From Bacteroidota bacterium (GTDB taxonomy: Bacteria; Bacteroidota; Bacteroidia; Bacteroidales; SKPS01): a stretch of 64,000 bases of DNA. Below, in pieces: positions 42,302 through 51,116 of the stretch. The stretch lies in assembly GCA_022709695.1 (NCBI GenBank), contig JAKLII010000002.1, positions 346,955 through 410,954 on the forward strand, written 5' to 3'. Within the stretch, counting starts at the first letter, position 1. Each line of letters starts with the position of its first letter. The notes under the pieces are model-generated. The model was given only the letters and a program-made list of their open reading frames with translations, made no database searches and was not told the DNA's origin. A program made the translations under genes and the position numbers.

Positions 42302-43687
42302 TTACTTATGAACCTTTCTGATAAACTCTTCCACTTCAGGCACACCGCCCTGGTACACCAGATAACCGTTGTAGGGTTCGCGGTCGGTGATCTCGCCATT
42401 TACCGGTGTGAGCATCATCCGTTTAACTTCTGCCGGATCGTTGGTCTGGGCCAGCACCCAGCTGAGTTTCACCCAGGCCACTTCGGGCAGCATGTTCCCG
42501 GCAGGGATAATCCCTTTGGCCATCATATCCCTTCCGGTATCGTACACAAACATATGCACATACCCCCAGATGGTTTGCAGGGTCATGTACATGTGCACCC
42601 CTTTGGCGTGTGCCCGTTCAATGGCCGGGTACAGCTCCTTGTTCACATGCCCCAGTCCGGTTCCCACAATGACCACACCCCTGTACCCTGCATTTACCAA
42701 TGCGTCCAGCGTATCCGGCTTCATGCCCGGGTAGTAGTACATCATGGTTACGTCATCTGCAAAATACGGGAAGATATTGACATTGCGGTCTTTCCTGCGT
42801 TTATTGTACTGGGTGTGAATGGGTTTGAAATCGGTCTTGCTGATCATGGCCAGCGGAGTGTCGCCGATGGTTCTGAAGGTGGAGCGGTAGGAGGAGTGCA
42901 TTTTCCTGACCCTGGTCCCTCTGTGGAGGAGCCCGTATTCATCGGATGTAGGCCCGAACATACATACCATCACCTCGGCGATGTCGCCATGTCCGGCGGC
43001 TTTCATCGCATGCTGGAGGTTAAGTGCCGCATCGGAGCTGGGGCGGTCGGACGAGCGCTGGGAGCCCACCAGGACAACCGGTACCGGAAGATTCTGTACC
43101 ATAAAGGTTAAAGCTGCTCCGGTATGATGCAGGGTATCGGTCCCATGTCCCACCACAATACCGTCGATGCCGTTTCGGATCTCTTTTCCGATGGCTTGTG
43201 AAAGGGCGATGTACTGTTTTGGCCCCATGTTCTCGCTGAACACGGCAAAAATTTTCTCGGTTTCGAGATTGCAGATATCCGCCAGTTCAGGAACAGCCCC
43301 GTAGAGTTCTCCGGGGGAGAATGCAGGAATTACGGCACCGGTACGGTAATCGAGACGTGAGGCAATGGTGCCTCCGGTTCCGAACAGCTTCACATTGGGC
43401 AGTCCCGGTGTCACAGGGAACTGTTTCTCGGGAATCTTGTAATTGGCTTTCTTGTAGCCGGTTTCAACCATGGACGTGATGGTCCGTGTATCAATTCCGA
43501 TATTATAGCCTGTGGAAATCTTCATCACCACATGTTTGTCATCGTCGTTTTCGGCCCGTGGGAGCACTGTACCAGAAAAATTTCCCCGGGTGGTTTCCAC
43601 CTCGGCCTGCCCCCATACCCGAACATTGAAACGCTTCAGCATTTCAAGGGCTTCCCCTTTGTATCCCTGAAAAATATCTTCACTCAT
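42302..43687 (-). CDS. gatD: Glutamyl-tRNA(Gln) amidotransferase subunit D, archaeal type (asparaginase-like glutaminase subunit)
   Basis: 461 aa. The GatD-specific N-terminal domain (GTVLPRAENDDDKHVVMKISTGYNIGI) precedes a type-I asparaginase fold. That fold carries GTGGTIASRLDYRTGAV and VVGHGTDTLHHTGAAL. By recall, the layout closely follows archaeal GatD. Confidence 0.85.
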   Translation of the reverse strand: MSEDIFQGYKGEALEMLKRFNVRVWGQAEVETTRGNFSGTVLPRAENDDDKHVVMKISTGYNIGIDTRTITSMVETGYKKANYKIPEKQFPVTPGLPNVKLFGTGGTIASRLDYRTGAVIPAFSPGELYGAVPELADICNLETEKIFAVFSENMGPKQYIALSQAIGKEIRNGIDGIVVGHGTDTLHHTGAALTFMVQNLPVPVVLVGSQRSSDRPSSDAALNLQHAMKAAGHGDIAEVMVCMFGPTSDEYGLLHRGTRVRKMHSSYRSTFRTIGDTPLAMISKTDFKPIHTQYNKRRKDRNVNIFPYFADDVTMMYYYPGMKPDTLDALVNAGYRGVVIVGTGLGHVNKELYPAIERAHAKGVHMYMTLQTIWGYVHMFVYDTGRDMMAKGIIPAGNMLPEVAWVKLSWVLAQTNDPAEVKRMMLTPVNGEITDREPYNGYLVYQGGVPEVEEFIRKVHK

Positions 43688-43699
43688 ACCTCAATACCT

Positions 43700-45682
43700 T
43701 TAATTCTGTTCACTATAATTTCTTACCATCTCCGACAGATCCGAAAGAGCGATGTTCCCGATGGCAGTCGGAATAAGCTGTCCCATAATCCAGTTGTGCA
43801 TATCCCGGTCGTTGGTTGATTTGCGGATGGCATGGAACTTTTGCTTCAGGAACGGGATTTTCGACCGGATATCCTCAGCTGCGGTCCGCTTGAATTTCAA
43901 CAGCGTCAGCACACTGTCGAAGTCCATTTTGGGATGCTGATACCAGACCGGCAGGATTCTGTATGCTATCGCGGGATTCAGATTTTCCTCGCGGAGGTAC
44001 CTGAACATTTCGGAAAGTCTTTCGTAGCTGAAATCGGGGGTGGTTTTGTATTTGCCTTCCACCGATTTAAGGTAATGTCCGAAGAATGTGCCTATATACC
44101 GGGGGCTGAATCCGGTTTCATGAATGATGGTTTCGATGCAGGGAAAAAGGTTTTTACTGAGGATATACACATAGGTATCGCCGGGGATTCCCCACTCAGC
44201 CATTTTTCTGATTCGATCTGCCACATCCTCCGGAAGGTTCTTGCCAAGTTCAGTTATATAGCTGTCTTCGAGGGGGATGGGAGTGGTATCGGTATCAGGG
44301 TACATACGGTCGGCCCCGGGGAGTACCCTTTCGAAAATGGTAGTGCCATCTTCGAAAGATTTCCGGGTTTCGGGGGGTATTCCCTGGAAGAGCATATCAC
44401 CACGTTCCTGAATCACATCCAGGGCGGTTGCCACATCCCCTTCCGGTCCCCAGAAGATGATCTGTGCGTCAGTGTTGGCAGCGCCGAGGCGGCTTGCAAT
44501 CTTCTGCATATCGTCGTTGGCGATCATGGGCACCAGGTCTTCCGAAGTGGCCATGTTGGGCTTTTCGATACATGCAATCACTTTCAGGCGGTCGCTGAAA
44601 TCATTGGCCACACATTTTCCCGGCTGGGTAAAATGGCACAGGACACCCTGAAAGTGCGGAAGATTGACAGCTACAATCTTTTCCTTGCGCTGATGCGCAT
44701 TTTTCAGGGCATCGCAGGGAAAACTAAAATCTGACAGCCTGATCTCCTGATGGGCTATTTTCCATAAAGCCGGATCCGGAATCCTGGTACGCAATGTTTC
44801 GCGTACTGCCAGCAGCGCCCATTGCCTGAAAGCCTCGTTATGGGTAAGTTCTGGAATCCATTTGGTATGGGCTACCCCCTTGATTTCGACACGATGGCCG
44901 CCACGGCAGCTCACATTCACATCCTGCCTGCCGGCTCCTATACCGGTACGGACCAGGCCGGTGCTGCGGTTCAGGAACCTGATATAGTCGCATGCTTCTT
45001 TCACCTCATCGGGATTTACCATATCAGGATAGGTAACCGTTTCGATCAGTGGCATTCCCAGACGGTCGGTCTTGTAGATTCTTCTGTGGCCGATATCAGA
45101 TATTTCGCGGCACGAGTCCTCTTCGAGGCTGAGCTGGATCAGGCGTATCTTTTTATGGCGAAGTGCAATTTCCCCTTCCACACCGATGATGGCAGTACGC
45201 TGAAACCCGGTCGGGATACTGCCGTCGAGATACTGCTTACGGGTTACGTGCACCTCCCCTACGATATTCAGTTTGCTGAGCTGCGAAATGATAATGGAGA
45301 TTTCGAGTGCCTGGCGGTCGATATGGAAAGGGGGCGTATCATCCACCTCATAGGTGCAGGCCGTTTCATTGTTGATACGGTATATGATCTCCTTCCGGGT
45401 TTTGAATTCCATCAGGGCCGTTCCGTCATACTCACCCAGCTCACTGAGGGTAGGCCGCATATGGCGGATAATTTCGGCATTGTAGTTTTCGTGGGAATGG
45501 TATCTTCCGGCCGGGCATTTACAAAACAGCTTCCTCTCCGTCTTAAGTTGCTGGTGTACCTCCAGGCCCGACATAAACCCAATCCTGTCGTAATCGTGTT
45601 GTGTTGCCTCTTTTCGTGTAACGTACCCAATGGCTTTCCGGGTTGCTTCGTAATGTTCCCGGGGATCTGTGATTCTGTTCAT
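43700..45682 (-). CDS. gatE: Glutamyl-tRNA(Gln) amidotransferase subunit E, archaeal type
   Basis: Start taken at ATG 45682 (MNRITDPREHY...), which gives 660 aa. The GatB/E cradle is marked by GLEVHQQLKTERKLFCKCP, RPTLSELGEYDG, CTYEVDDTPP, GFQRTAIIG and DRLGMPLIETVTYPDM. Length and extra central region fit GatE rather than the roughly 480-aa bacterial GatB, and a YqeY-like tail is present. The gap to gatD is 12 nt. Confidence 0.85.
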   Translation of the reverse strand: MNRITDPREHYEATRKAIGYVTRKEATQHDYDRIGFMSGLEVHQQLKTERKLFCKCPAGRYHSHENYNAEIIRHMRPTLSELGEYDGTALMEFKTRKEIIYRINNETACTYEVDDTPPFHIDRQALEISIIISQLSKLNIVGEVHVTRKQYLDGSIPTGFQRTAIIGVEGEIALRHKKIRLIQLSLEEDSCREISDIGHRRIYKTDRLGMPLIETVTYPDMVNPDEVKEACDYIRFLNRSTGLVRTGIGAGRQDVNVSCRGGHRVEIKGVAHTKWIPELTHNEAFRQWALLAVRETLRTRIPDPALWKIAHQEIRLSDFSFPCDALKNAHQRKEKIVAVNLPHFQGVLCHFTQPGKCVANDFSDRLKVIACIEKPNMATSEDLVPMIANDDMQKIASRLGAANTDAQIIFWGPEGDVATALDVIQERGDMLFQGIPPETRKSFEDGTTIFERVLPGADRMYPDTDTTPIPLEDSYITELGKNLPEDVADRIRKMAEWGIPGDTYVYILSKNLFPCIETIIHETGFSPRYIGTFFGHYLKSVEGKYKTTPDFSYERLSEMFRYLREENLNPAIAYRILPVWYQHPKMDFDSVLTLLKFKRTAAEDIRSKIPFLKQKFHAIRKSTNDRDMHNWIMGQLIPTAIGNIALSDLSEMVRNYSEQN

Positions 45683-45713
45683 CTGTAAAATCTTCTCTGA
45701 ATGGATAAGGTGC

Positions 45714-45721
45714 CAAAAGTA
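45714..45721 (-). promoter_or_regulatory. Candidate -7 box (TACTTTTG) for the gatE-gatD array
   Basis: On the minus strand TACTTTTG matches TAnnTTTG about 30 nt upstream of ATG 45682. It lies inside the longest-ORF extension (to 45769), which argues for the shorter start. The nearest TTTG upstream is only 12 nt away, so the -33 element is unclear. Confidence 0.4.
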
Positions 45722-45791
45722 GGGAAAAAACCCCAAAGGGCCGTATTCCCTTTTTCCCGATATTTGCACCGTTAATTAACACCTTCGGCAG

Positions 45792-46664
45792 ATGAAGCTG
45801 GATCCTGAAAAGCCTTTCAGACGTATCATGAGGCGGATGCGAGACCGTTACAGGCTTGTATTCATCAACGACGGCACTTTTGAGGAGAAGTTCTCGTTAA
45901 AGATGACCCGGTGGAACCTGCTCACAGGGCTCCTGGCCGGCATCATTCTGCTGTTCATGTTTGCTTTTCTGATCATTTCCAACACAGGCCTTCGTTACTG
46001 GATCAGCGGATATACCGACATCAGCCAGGAGCGTCTGTTGTATATCACCCAGCTAAAGCTCGATTCGCAGGAACAGGTAATGCAGCAATATGACCTTTGG
46101 CTGCAAAATTTCCAGAAGGTGATTCAGGGAGAGGAAATAGAGGATCCATGGAAGGATACCGGTACTACCACATCCCGCAACTACGACACGATACAGTTAC
46201 GGCGTTCCCCCGAGGATTCTGTCCTGCGAGCTGCCTACAGTCAGGTAGACCCATACAGCATCAGTCGCAAGGGGAGGCTGTCACCGTCGCAGGGGTTTAT
46301 CTTTTTTCCACCCCTGAAAGGGACCGTCATCAGCGGTTTTAACCCTTCAACACGCCATTTTGCCGTCGACATTGCCGCCCGGGAAAATGAAGCCATCAAG
46401 GCCACCTTGTCGGGAACCGTGATAATGGCCGGCTGGTCCTCTGAAACAGGCTGGACGATAATACTCCAGCATGCCGACAATATGATGTCGGCTTATAAAC
46501 ACAACAGCGCCCTGCTGAAAAAACAGGGTGACTATGTGAAGGCAGGTGATCCGATTGCCATTTACGGAGGAACGGGAATACTCACCACCGGCCGTCATCT
46601 CCATTTCGAGTTGTGGCATCATGGAAATCCTGTAAACCCGCAGGATTATATGGTTTTTGATTAG
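45792..46664 (+). CDS. M23-family peptidoglycan metalloendopeptidase, membrane anchored
   Basis: 290 aa with an N-terminal TM helix (LLTGLLAGIILLFMFAFLII). The M23 motifs HFAVDIAA, GWTIILQH and GRHLHFELWHHGNPVNP are present. Confidence 0.88.
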   Translation: MKLDPEKPFRRIMRRMRDRYRLVFINDGTFEEKFSLKMTRWNLLTGLLAGIILLFMFAFLIISNTGLRYWISGYTDISQERLLYITQLKLDSQEQVMQQYDLWLQNFQKVIQGEEIEDPWKDTGTTTSRNYDTIQLRRSPEDSVLRAAYSQVDPYSISRKGRLSPSQGFIFFPPLKGTVISGFNPSTRHFAVDIAARENEAIKATLSGTVIMAGWSSETGWTIILQHADNMMSAYKHNSALLKKQGDYVKAGDPIAIYGGTGILTTGRHLHFELWHHGNPVNPQDYMVFD

Positions 46665-46677
46665 AGATACCGGAGGC

Positions 46678-47826
46678 ATGCAAAAAAAGATCACCATTCT
46701 TGGATCCACCGGCTCCATTGGAACCCAGGCACTTGAAGTATGCCGCAGTTTTCCGGATCGTTTCAGGGTTACAGGGCTTACGGCATCCGATAACCACGAA
46801 ATGCTCATTCTGCAGGCGATGGAATTTCAGCCCGGCAGGGTGGTAATTGCCAATGCAGAAAAATACCAGGTGGTAAAAGAGGCCCTTGCCGGGTATCCCA
46901 TTGAGGTGCATGCAGGAGACGATGCCATTGCCGCAGCTGCCGGGCCGCAGGACCATGATATGGTATTGGTTTCAATTGTGGGATTTGCCGGCCTGAGGCC
47001 CACGCTGGAAGCATTGAATGCCGGTAAAGACCTTGCCATTGCCAATAAAGAAACCTTTGTGGTGGCCGGTGAAATCGTAAACCGGCTGGCCAGGGAAAAA
47101 GGGTGCAGTGTTATTCCGGTCGATTCGGAACACTCTGCCATTTTTCAGTGCCTGACAGGGGAGAAGACCACTGAAGTCGAAAAACTTATCCTGACTGCTT
47201 CAGGCGGACCCTTCAGGGGTATGGATCATGCAACCCTGAGCCGGGTAACACGCGAACAGGCACTTCGTCATCCCAACTGGGAGATGGGGGCAAAAATCAC
47301 CATCGACTCTGCCTCCCTGATGAACAAGGGGCTGGAGGTGATTGAAGCCCACTGGCTTTTTGGCATTCCGGCCAGCCAGATCGACGTGGTGGTACATCCC
47401 CAGTCGGTGATCCACAGCATGGTGCAGTTTACTGACGGATCCATCAAGGCACAGATGGGGCTCCCCGACATGCGCCTGCCCATCCAGTATGCCCTCAGTT
47501 ATCCGGAACGCCTCCCCTCCCCCTGGCCACGCTTCGACTTTGCCCGGTACCCTGCACTTACCTTTGAATCCCCCGACACACAGACATTCAGGAATCTACC
47601 ACTCGCCTTCGAAGCACTCAGGCGCGGTGGCAACATGCCGTGCATCCTTAATGCGGCCAACGAGGTGGCTGTGGCAGCCTTCCTGAAAAACAGGATTTCA
47701 TTCACCGGAATGTCAGACCTCATTGAAAAAGCACTTCACCATATCTCTTTTGTGGCAAAACCCCGTTATCAGGATTACATCGCCACAGACCAGGAAACCA
47801 GAAAATACGCTGAATCATTAACCTGA
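46678..47826 (+). CDS. dxr: 1-deoxy-D-xylulose-5-phosphate reductoisomerase
   Basis: Start at ATG 46678 (MQKKITILGSTGSIGTQAL). Motifs present are LAIANKE, PVDSEHSAIFQCL, LTASGGPFR, HPNWEMGAKITIDSA and LMNKGLEVIEA. Confidence 0.95.
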   Translation: MQKKITILGSTGSIGTQALEVCRSFPDRFRVTGLTASDNHEMLILQAMEFQPGRVVIANAEKYQVVKEALAGYPIEVHAGDDAIAAAAGPQDHDMVLVSIVGFAGLRPTLEALNAGKDLAIANKETFVVAGEIVNRLAREKGCSVIPVDSEHSAIFQCLTGEKTTEVEKLILTASGGPFRGMDHATLSRVTREQALRHPNWEMGAKITIDSASLMNKGLEVIEAHWLFGIPASQIDVVVHPQSVIHSMVQFTDGSIKAQMGLPDMRLPIQYALSYPERLPSPWPRFDFARYPALTFESPDTQTFRNLPLAFEALRRGGNMPCILNAANEVAVAAFLKNRISFTGMSDLIEKALHHISFVAKPRYQDYIATDQETRKYAESLT

Positions 47827-47845
47827 CAAATAATAAACCCAAATA

Positions 47846-49186
47846 ATGGAAGTATTTATCAAGATCGCACAGTTGCTTACCAGCCTCTCTATCCTCGTGC
47901 TCCTGCACGAAATGGGGCATTTCCTCTTCGCACGGCTTTTCAAAACCCGTGTCGAAAAATTCTACCTGTTTTTCAACCCATGGTTCAGCATTTTCAAATT
48001 CAAAAAGGGTGAAACCACTTATGGCCTGGGATGGCTCCCATTGGGTGGGTACGTGAAAATTGCCGGAATGATTGACGAATCTATGGATAAGGAGGCCATG
48101 AAGCAACCTGCCCAACCCTGGGAGTTCAGATCCAAACCCGCGTGGCAGCGGTTGTTTATCATGCTCGGTGGCATCATGGTAAACCTGCTGCTGGGGTTCA
48201 TCATCTACTGGCTGGTGCTGTTTACCTGGGGTGAAACCCGTCTTCCGGTAAAAAGCCTTACCGATGGTGTGTGGGTTACCGACAGTCTGGGATACGACCT
48301 AGGCCTCCGCGATGGGGATAAAATCGTTTCGATGAATGGCAGGGAGATAGAGTATTTCAATGAGATCCTCCCAGAAATGGCCTTTGGCGGCACCCTCACA
48401 ATCGACAGACAGGGTGAACGTGTGGATCTCCCGTTGCCCAAAGATTTCATCGGACAGCTGGTAGACCGGAAAGGTGCCTTTCTGGTAGCCCCAAGGATGC
48501 CCTTCATCATTGCCGAAATCCCGGATACTTCGATTAATGCAGGAAGTGGCCTCGAACCCGGAGACCGGTTGGTTAAGGTAGGCGACATGGAACTGAAATG
48601 GTTTGACCAGTTTTTAAATCAGGGAAAACGGTTTGCCGACACCACTGTTTCAGTACTTGTGATGCGCCACGACTCGCTTCGGGAGATTACTGCCAGGATC
48701 GACTCAAACGGGAAATTTCAGGTGAAAACTGCTTTGCTATCTTACAGCGACCTGATGGACATGGGGATTTACGAGTTCAAAGTAATACGGTACGGTTTTT
48801 TTGCTTCCATCCCCGCAGGGTTCAGAATGGCCTGGGAAAAACTCTCCTTCTATGTGAAACAGATCGGTCTGTTCTTCAAACCCGAAACCGGAGCGTATAA
48901 AGGGCTTGGTGGTTTTGGTACCATCACCAATATGTTTCCGGGGCAATGGCACTGGGAATCGTTCTGGAACCTTACGGCATTCCTGTCACTGATCCTTGCA
49001 TTCATGAATGTACTGCCTATCCCGGCACTTGATGGCGGGCATGTGCTGTTTCTGATTTTTGAGATGATCACCGGTCGCAAACCGGGCGACAAGTTCATGG
49101 AGTATGCCCAGATCGCAGGCATGGTGATCCTGTTCGGACTGCTGATCTATGCAAACGGAATGGATGTGCTGAGGGGCTGCCAATAG
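47846..49186 (+). CDS. rseP: RIP metalloprotease RseP (site-2 protease, M50 family)
   Basis: 446 aa with the zinc motif LLHEMGHFLFAR in TM1. A central PDZ region is present, and the C-terminal motif reads NVLPIPALDGGHVLF. Confidence 0.93.
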   Translation: MEVFIKIAQLLTSLSILVLLHEMGHFLFARLFKTRVEKFYLFFNPWFSIFKFKKGETTYGLGWLPLGGYVKIAGMIDESMDKEAMKQPAQPWEFRSKPAWQRLFIMLGGIMVNLLLGFIIYWLVLFTWGETRLPVKSLTDGVWVTDSLGYDLGLRDGDKIVSMNGREIEYFNEILPEMAFGGTLTIDRQGERVDLPLPKDFIGQLVDRKGAFLVAPRMPFIIAEIPDTSINAGSGLEPGDRLVKVGDMELKWFDQFLNQGKRFADTTVSVLVMRHDSLREITARIDSNGKFQVKTALLSYSDLMDMGIYEFKVIRYGFFASIPAGFRMAWEKLSFYVKQIGLFFKPETGAYKGLGGFGTITNMFPGQWHWESFWNLTAFLSLILAFMNVLPIPALDGGHVLFLIFEMITGRKPGDKFMEYAQIAGMVILFGLLIYANGMDVLRGCQ

Positions 49187-49217
49187 GGGTATCCCCCTCA
49201 TGAAGAGGTGTATATGA

Positions 49218-50138
49218 TCAACCCTCTACCTTCTCCCGTAACGATTTGAACCCTTCGCCAAGGATCTCATTGGCATCTATCACCGTCATGAATGCATTCG
49301 GGTCAACCTGCAGGATGTGGTCCTGCAGAATGGCAAGCTCCCGGCGGCTGACCACAGTAAAAATGATTTGCCGCGAGGCTCCGTTGTACATCCCTTCACC
49401 CTGAATGAAGGTGCCCCCGCGGTTCAGGTCTTTTATGATTTTATCCCTGATTTCCCCATGCCTTTCAGAGATGATAAACAAGGTTTTATCATAGCTGATC
49501 CCTTCAAGGATCACATCGATCACCTTTCCTGTAATGAAGATCACAATCCATGAATAAAGGGGTATTTTCCAGTCCTGAAACGCCAGGAGCCCTACAAGAA
49601 CGATGGCAGAGTCGACCCAGATCAGCAGCTGCCCTACCGGCATCCGGGTATACTTCGAGATGATCATGGCTATAATATCCGAACCTCCTGAGGTAGCTTT
49701 CGATTTGAAGACAACACCCAGCCCCACACCAATCAGCACACCGCCGAACACCGTACTCAGCAGCGCATCATCCGGTACCAGGGCCTGGTAACCCCACAGA
49801 TATGACAAAAGGTCGGTCCAGACCGCTGTCAGCGTAAATCCCACCACGGTTTTTACGCCAAACCTTGGACCCAATACCTTTATACCGATCAGCGTGAGGG
49901 GAATGTCCATACAAAGTGCCACAATCCCGATGGGCAATCCTTCGGGGGCAAAGGAGAACATCCCTTTGGTGAGATGGTGCAGCACGATGGCAATTCCATA
50001 CACCCCACCCGGTGCAAGTTTATGGGGCGAAATGAAGAAAACAAAACCACAGGCCATGATAAAGGTGCCGATCACAATAAAGCTATAGGCCCTGAACCAG
50101 GCTCTGGAGAACAGTTTTTCACGTGTGAGGAATGGCAT
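49218..50138 (-). CDS. YitT-family membrane protein (DUF2179 C-terminal domain)
   Basis: Start taken at ATG 50138 (MPFLTREKLF...). YitT motifs are present (FFISPHKLAPGGVYGIAIVL, ATSGGSDIIAMIISK), and the C-terminal DUF2179-like region reads TFIQGEGMYNG...FTVVSRRELAILQDHI. The predicted promoter lies inside the longer ORF extension. Confidence 0.85.
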   Translation of the reverse strand: MPFLTREKLFSRAWFRAYSFIVIGTFIMACGFVFFISPHKLAPGGVYGIAIVLHHLTKGMFSFAPEGLPIGIVALCMDIPLTLIGIKVLGPRFGVKTVVGFTLTAVWTDLLSYLWGYQALVPDDALLSTVFGGVLIGVGLGVVFKSKATSGGSDIIAMIISKYTRMPVGQLLIWVDSAIVLVGLLAFQDWKIPLYSWIVIFITGKVIDVILEGISYDKTLFIISERHGEIRDKIIKDLNRGGTFIQGEGMYNGASRQIIFTVVSRRELAILQDHILQVDPNAFMTVIDANEILGEGFKSLREKVEG

Positions 50139-50163
50139 AGGATAGGGATTTTGAAAAGGGGTG

Positions 50164-50194
50164 CAAAGGTACAGACTTACCTGATTATTAGCAA
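50164..50194 (-). promoter_or_regulatory. Candidate Bacteroidota promoter for the YitT-family gene
   Basis: On the minus strand TTG (50194-50192), a 20-nt spacer and TACCTTTG (50171-50164) are present. The ATG at 50138 lies 25 nt downstream. Confidence 0.5.
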
Positions 50195-50221
50195 GAAATA
50201 TCGGAAAACCGCAAATCTGCC

Positions 50222-51109
50222 TTACCTTGGTTTTCGGCTGTTTACCATAAATACTCCACCGATGATGATGGAAATCCACACTATATAAACAGGTTTGAAC
50301 ACTTCGCCGTCGGCAATGCCATTGAACATCGCCACGACAGGCATCAGGTAGGTTACCGAAGAGCTGAAAATCACATTGGTTAACCTGATCAGATAGTTAT
50401 GGAGCATGAGGGCCAGTGCGGTGCCTACAATTGCCAGAATGGAGATATACAGCAGGCCCATACCGGCACCGGGCGCTGTGATGGATGACCAGACTGGGGT
50501 AAAGGTTGTGAGAAAAACAGCTGCCACCGGTCCCGTAAACATAAACGCGAAAGCGGTAAAGTGGATAGGGTGCAGGTGAGAAAGTTTATTTTTAATAATA
50601 TTGAGATTAGCTGCATACATCAGGGTTGCCAGCACAATCAGCAGGGCATAGCCGATTCTGAGATCCACAACCCCTCCGTTCACCGAGAGCATCAGCATAA
50701 CGGCTCCTGCCAGCCCAATCATAATGCCGGCTATATTCAGCCTCGAAAAACGCGTTTTGAAAAAGACAGAGGCTATCACCAGTGTAAAAATCGGGGTAAG
50801 GGAATTCAGCACTCCGGCGATGGCACTTGGAACCACCGTTTCGGCATAGGCAAACAGGAGTGAGGGGATCAGGTTTCCTATCATCCCCGATAGAAAAATC
50901 CATCCCACATCCTTCCGTTTCAGGTTGCCAATATGCTTAAGGGCAAAAGGGAGCAGAAAAAGAAAAGCGATGACGATACGGATGGAGCCCACCTGAGCCG
51001 GCGAGAAATATATCAGGCCGTATTTGATCAGAATAAATGAACTGCCCCATACCAGGGCGAGGATTGACAGGATCCCCCAGGCCACAACTTTAGGATCTCT
51101 GTTTTGCAT
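50222..51109 (-). CDS. EamA/DMT-family transporter
   Basis: Start at ATG 51109 (MQNRDPKVVAWGILSILALVWGSSFIL), 7 nt after the upstream stop. It has ten hydrophobic segments arranged as two EamA-like halves. Confidence 0.85.
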   Translation of the reverse strand: MQNRDPKVVAWGILSILALVWGSSFILIKYGLIYFSPAQVGSIRIVIAFLFLLPFALKHIGNLKRKDVGWIFLSGMIGNLIPSLLFAYAETVVPSAIAGVLNSLTPIFTLVIASVFFKTRFSRLNIAGIMIGLAGAVMLMLSVNGGVVDLRIGYALLIVLATLMYAANLNIIKNKLSHLHPIHFTAFAFMFTGPVAAVFLTTFTPVWSSITAPGAGMGLLYISILAIVGTALALMLHNYLIRLTNVIFSSSVTYLMPVVAMFNGIADGEVFKPVYIVWISIIIGGVFMVNSRKPR

Positions 51110-51116
51110 GGCGGTA

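Noticed and set aside
42308-45688. Three long plus-strand ORFs (267, 300 and 288 aa) antisense to gatD and gatE.
   Set aside because: They are antisense shadows of strongly supported genes. They have low-complexity, His/Gly/Val-rich translations and no family resemblance.
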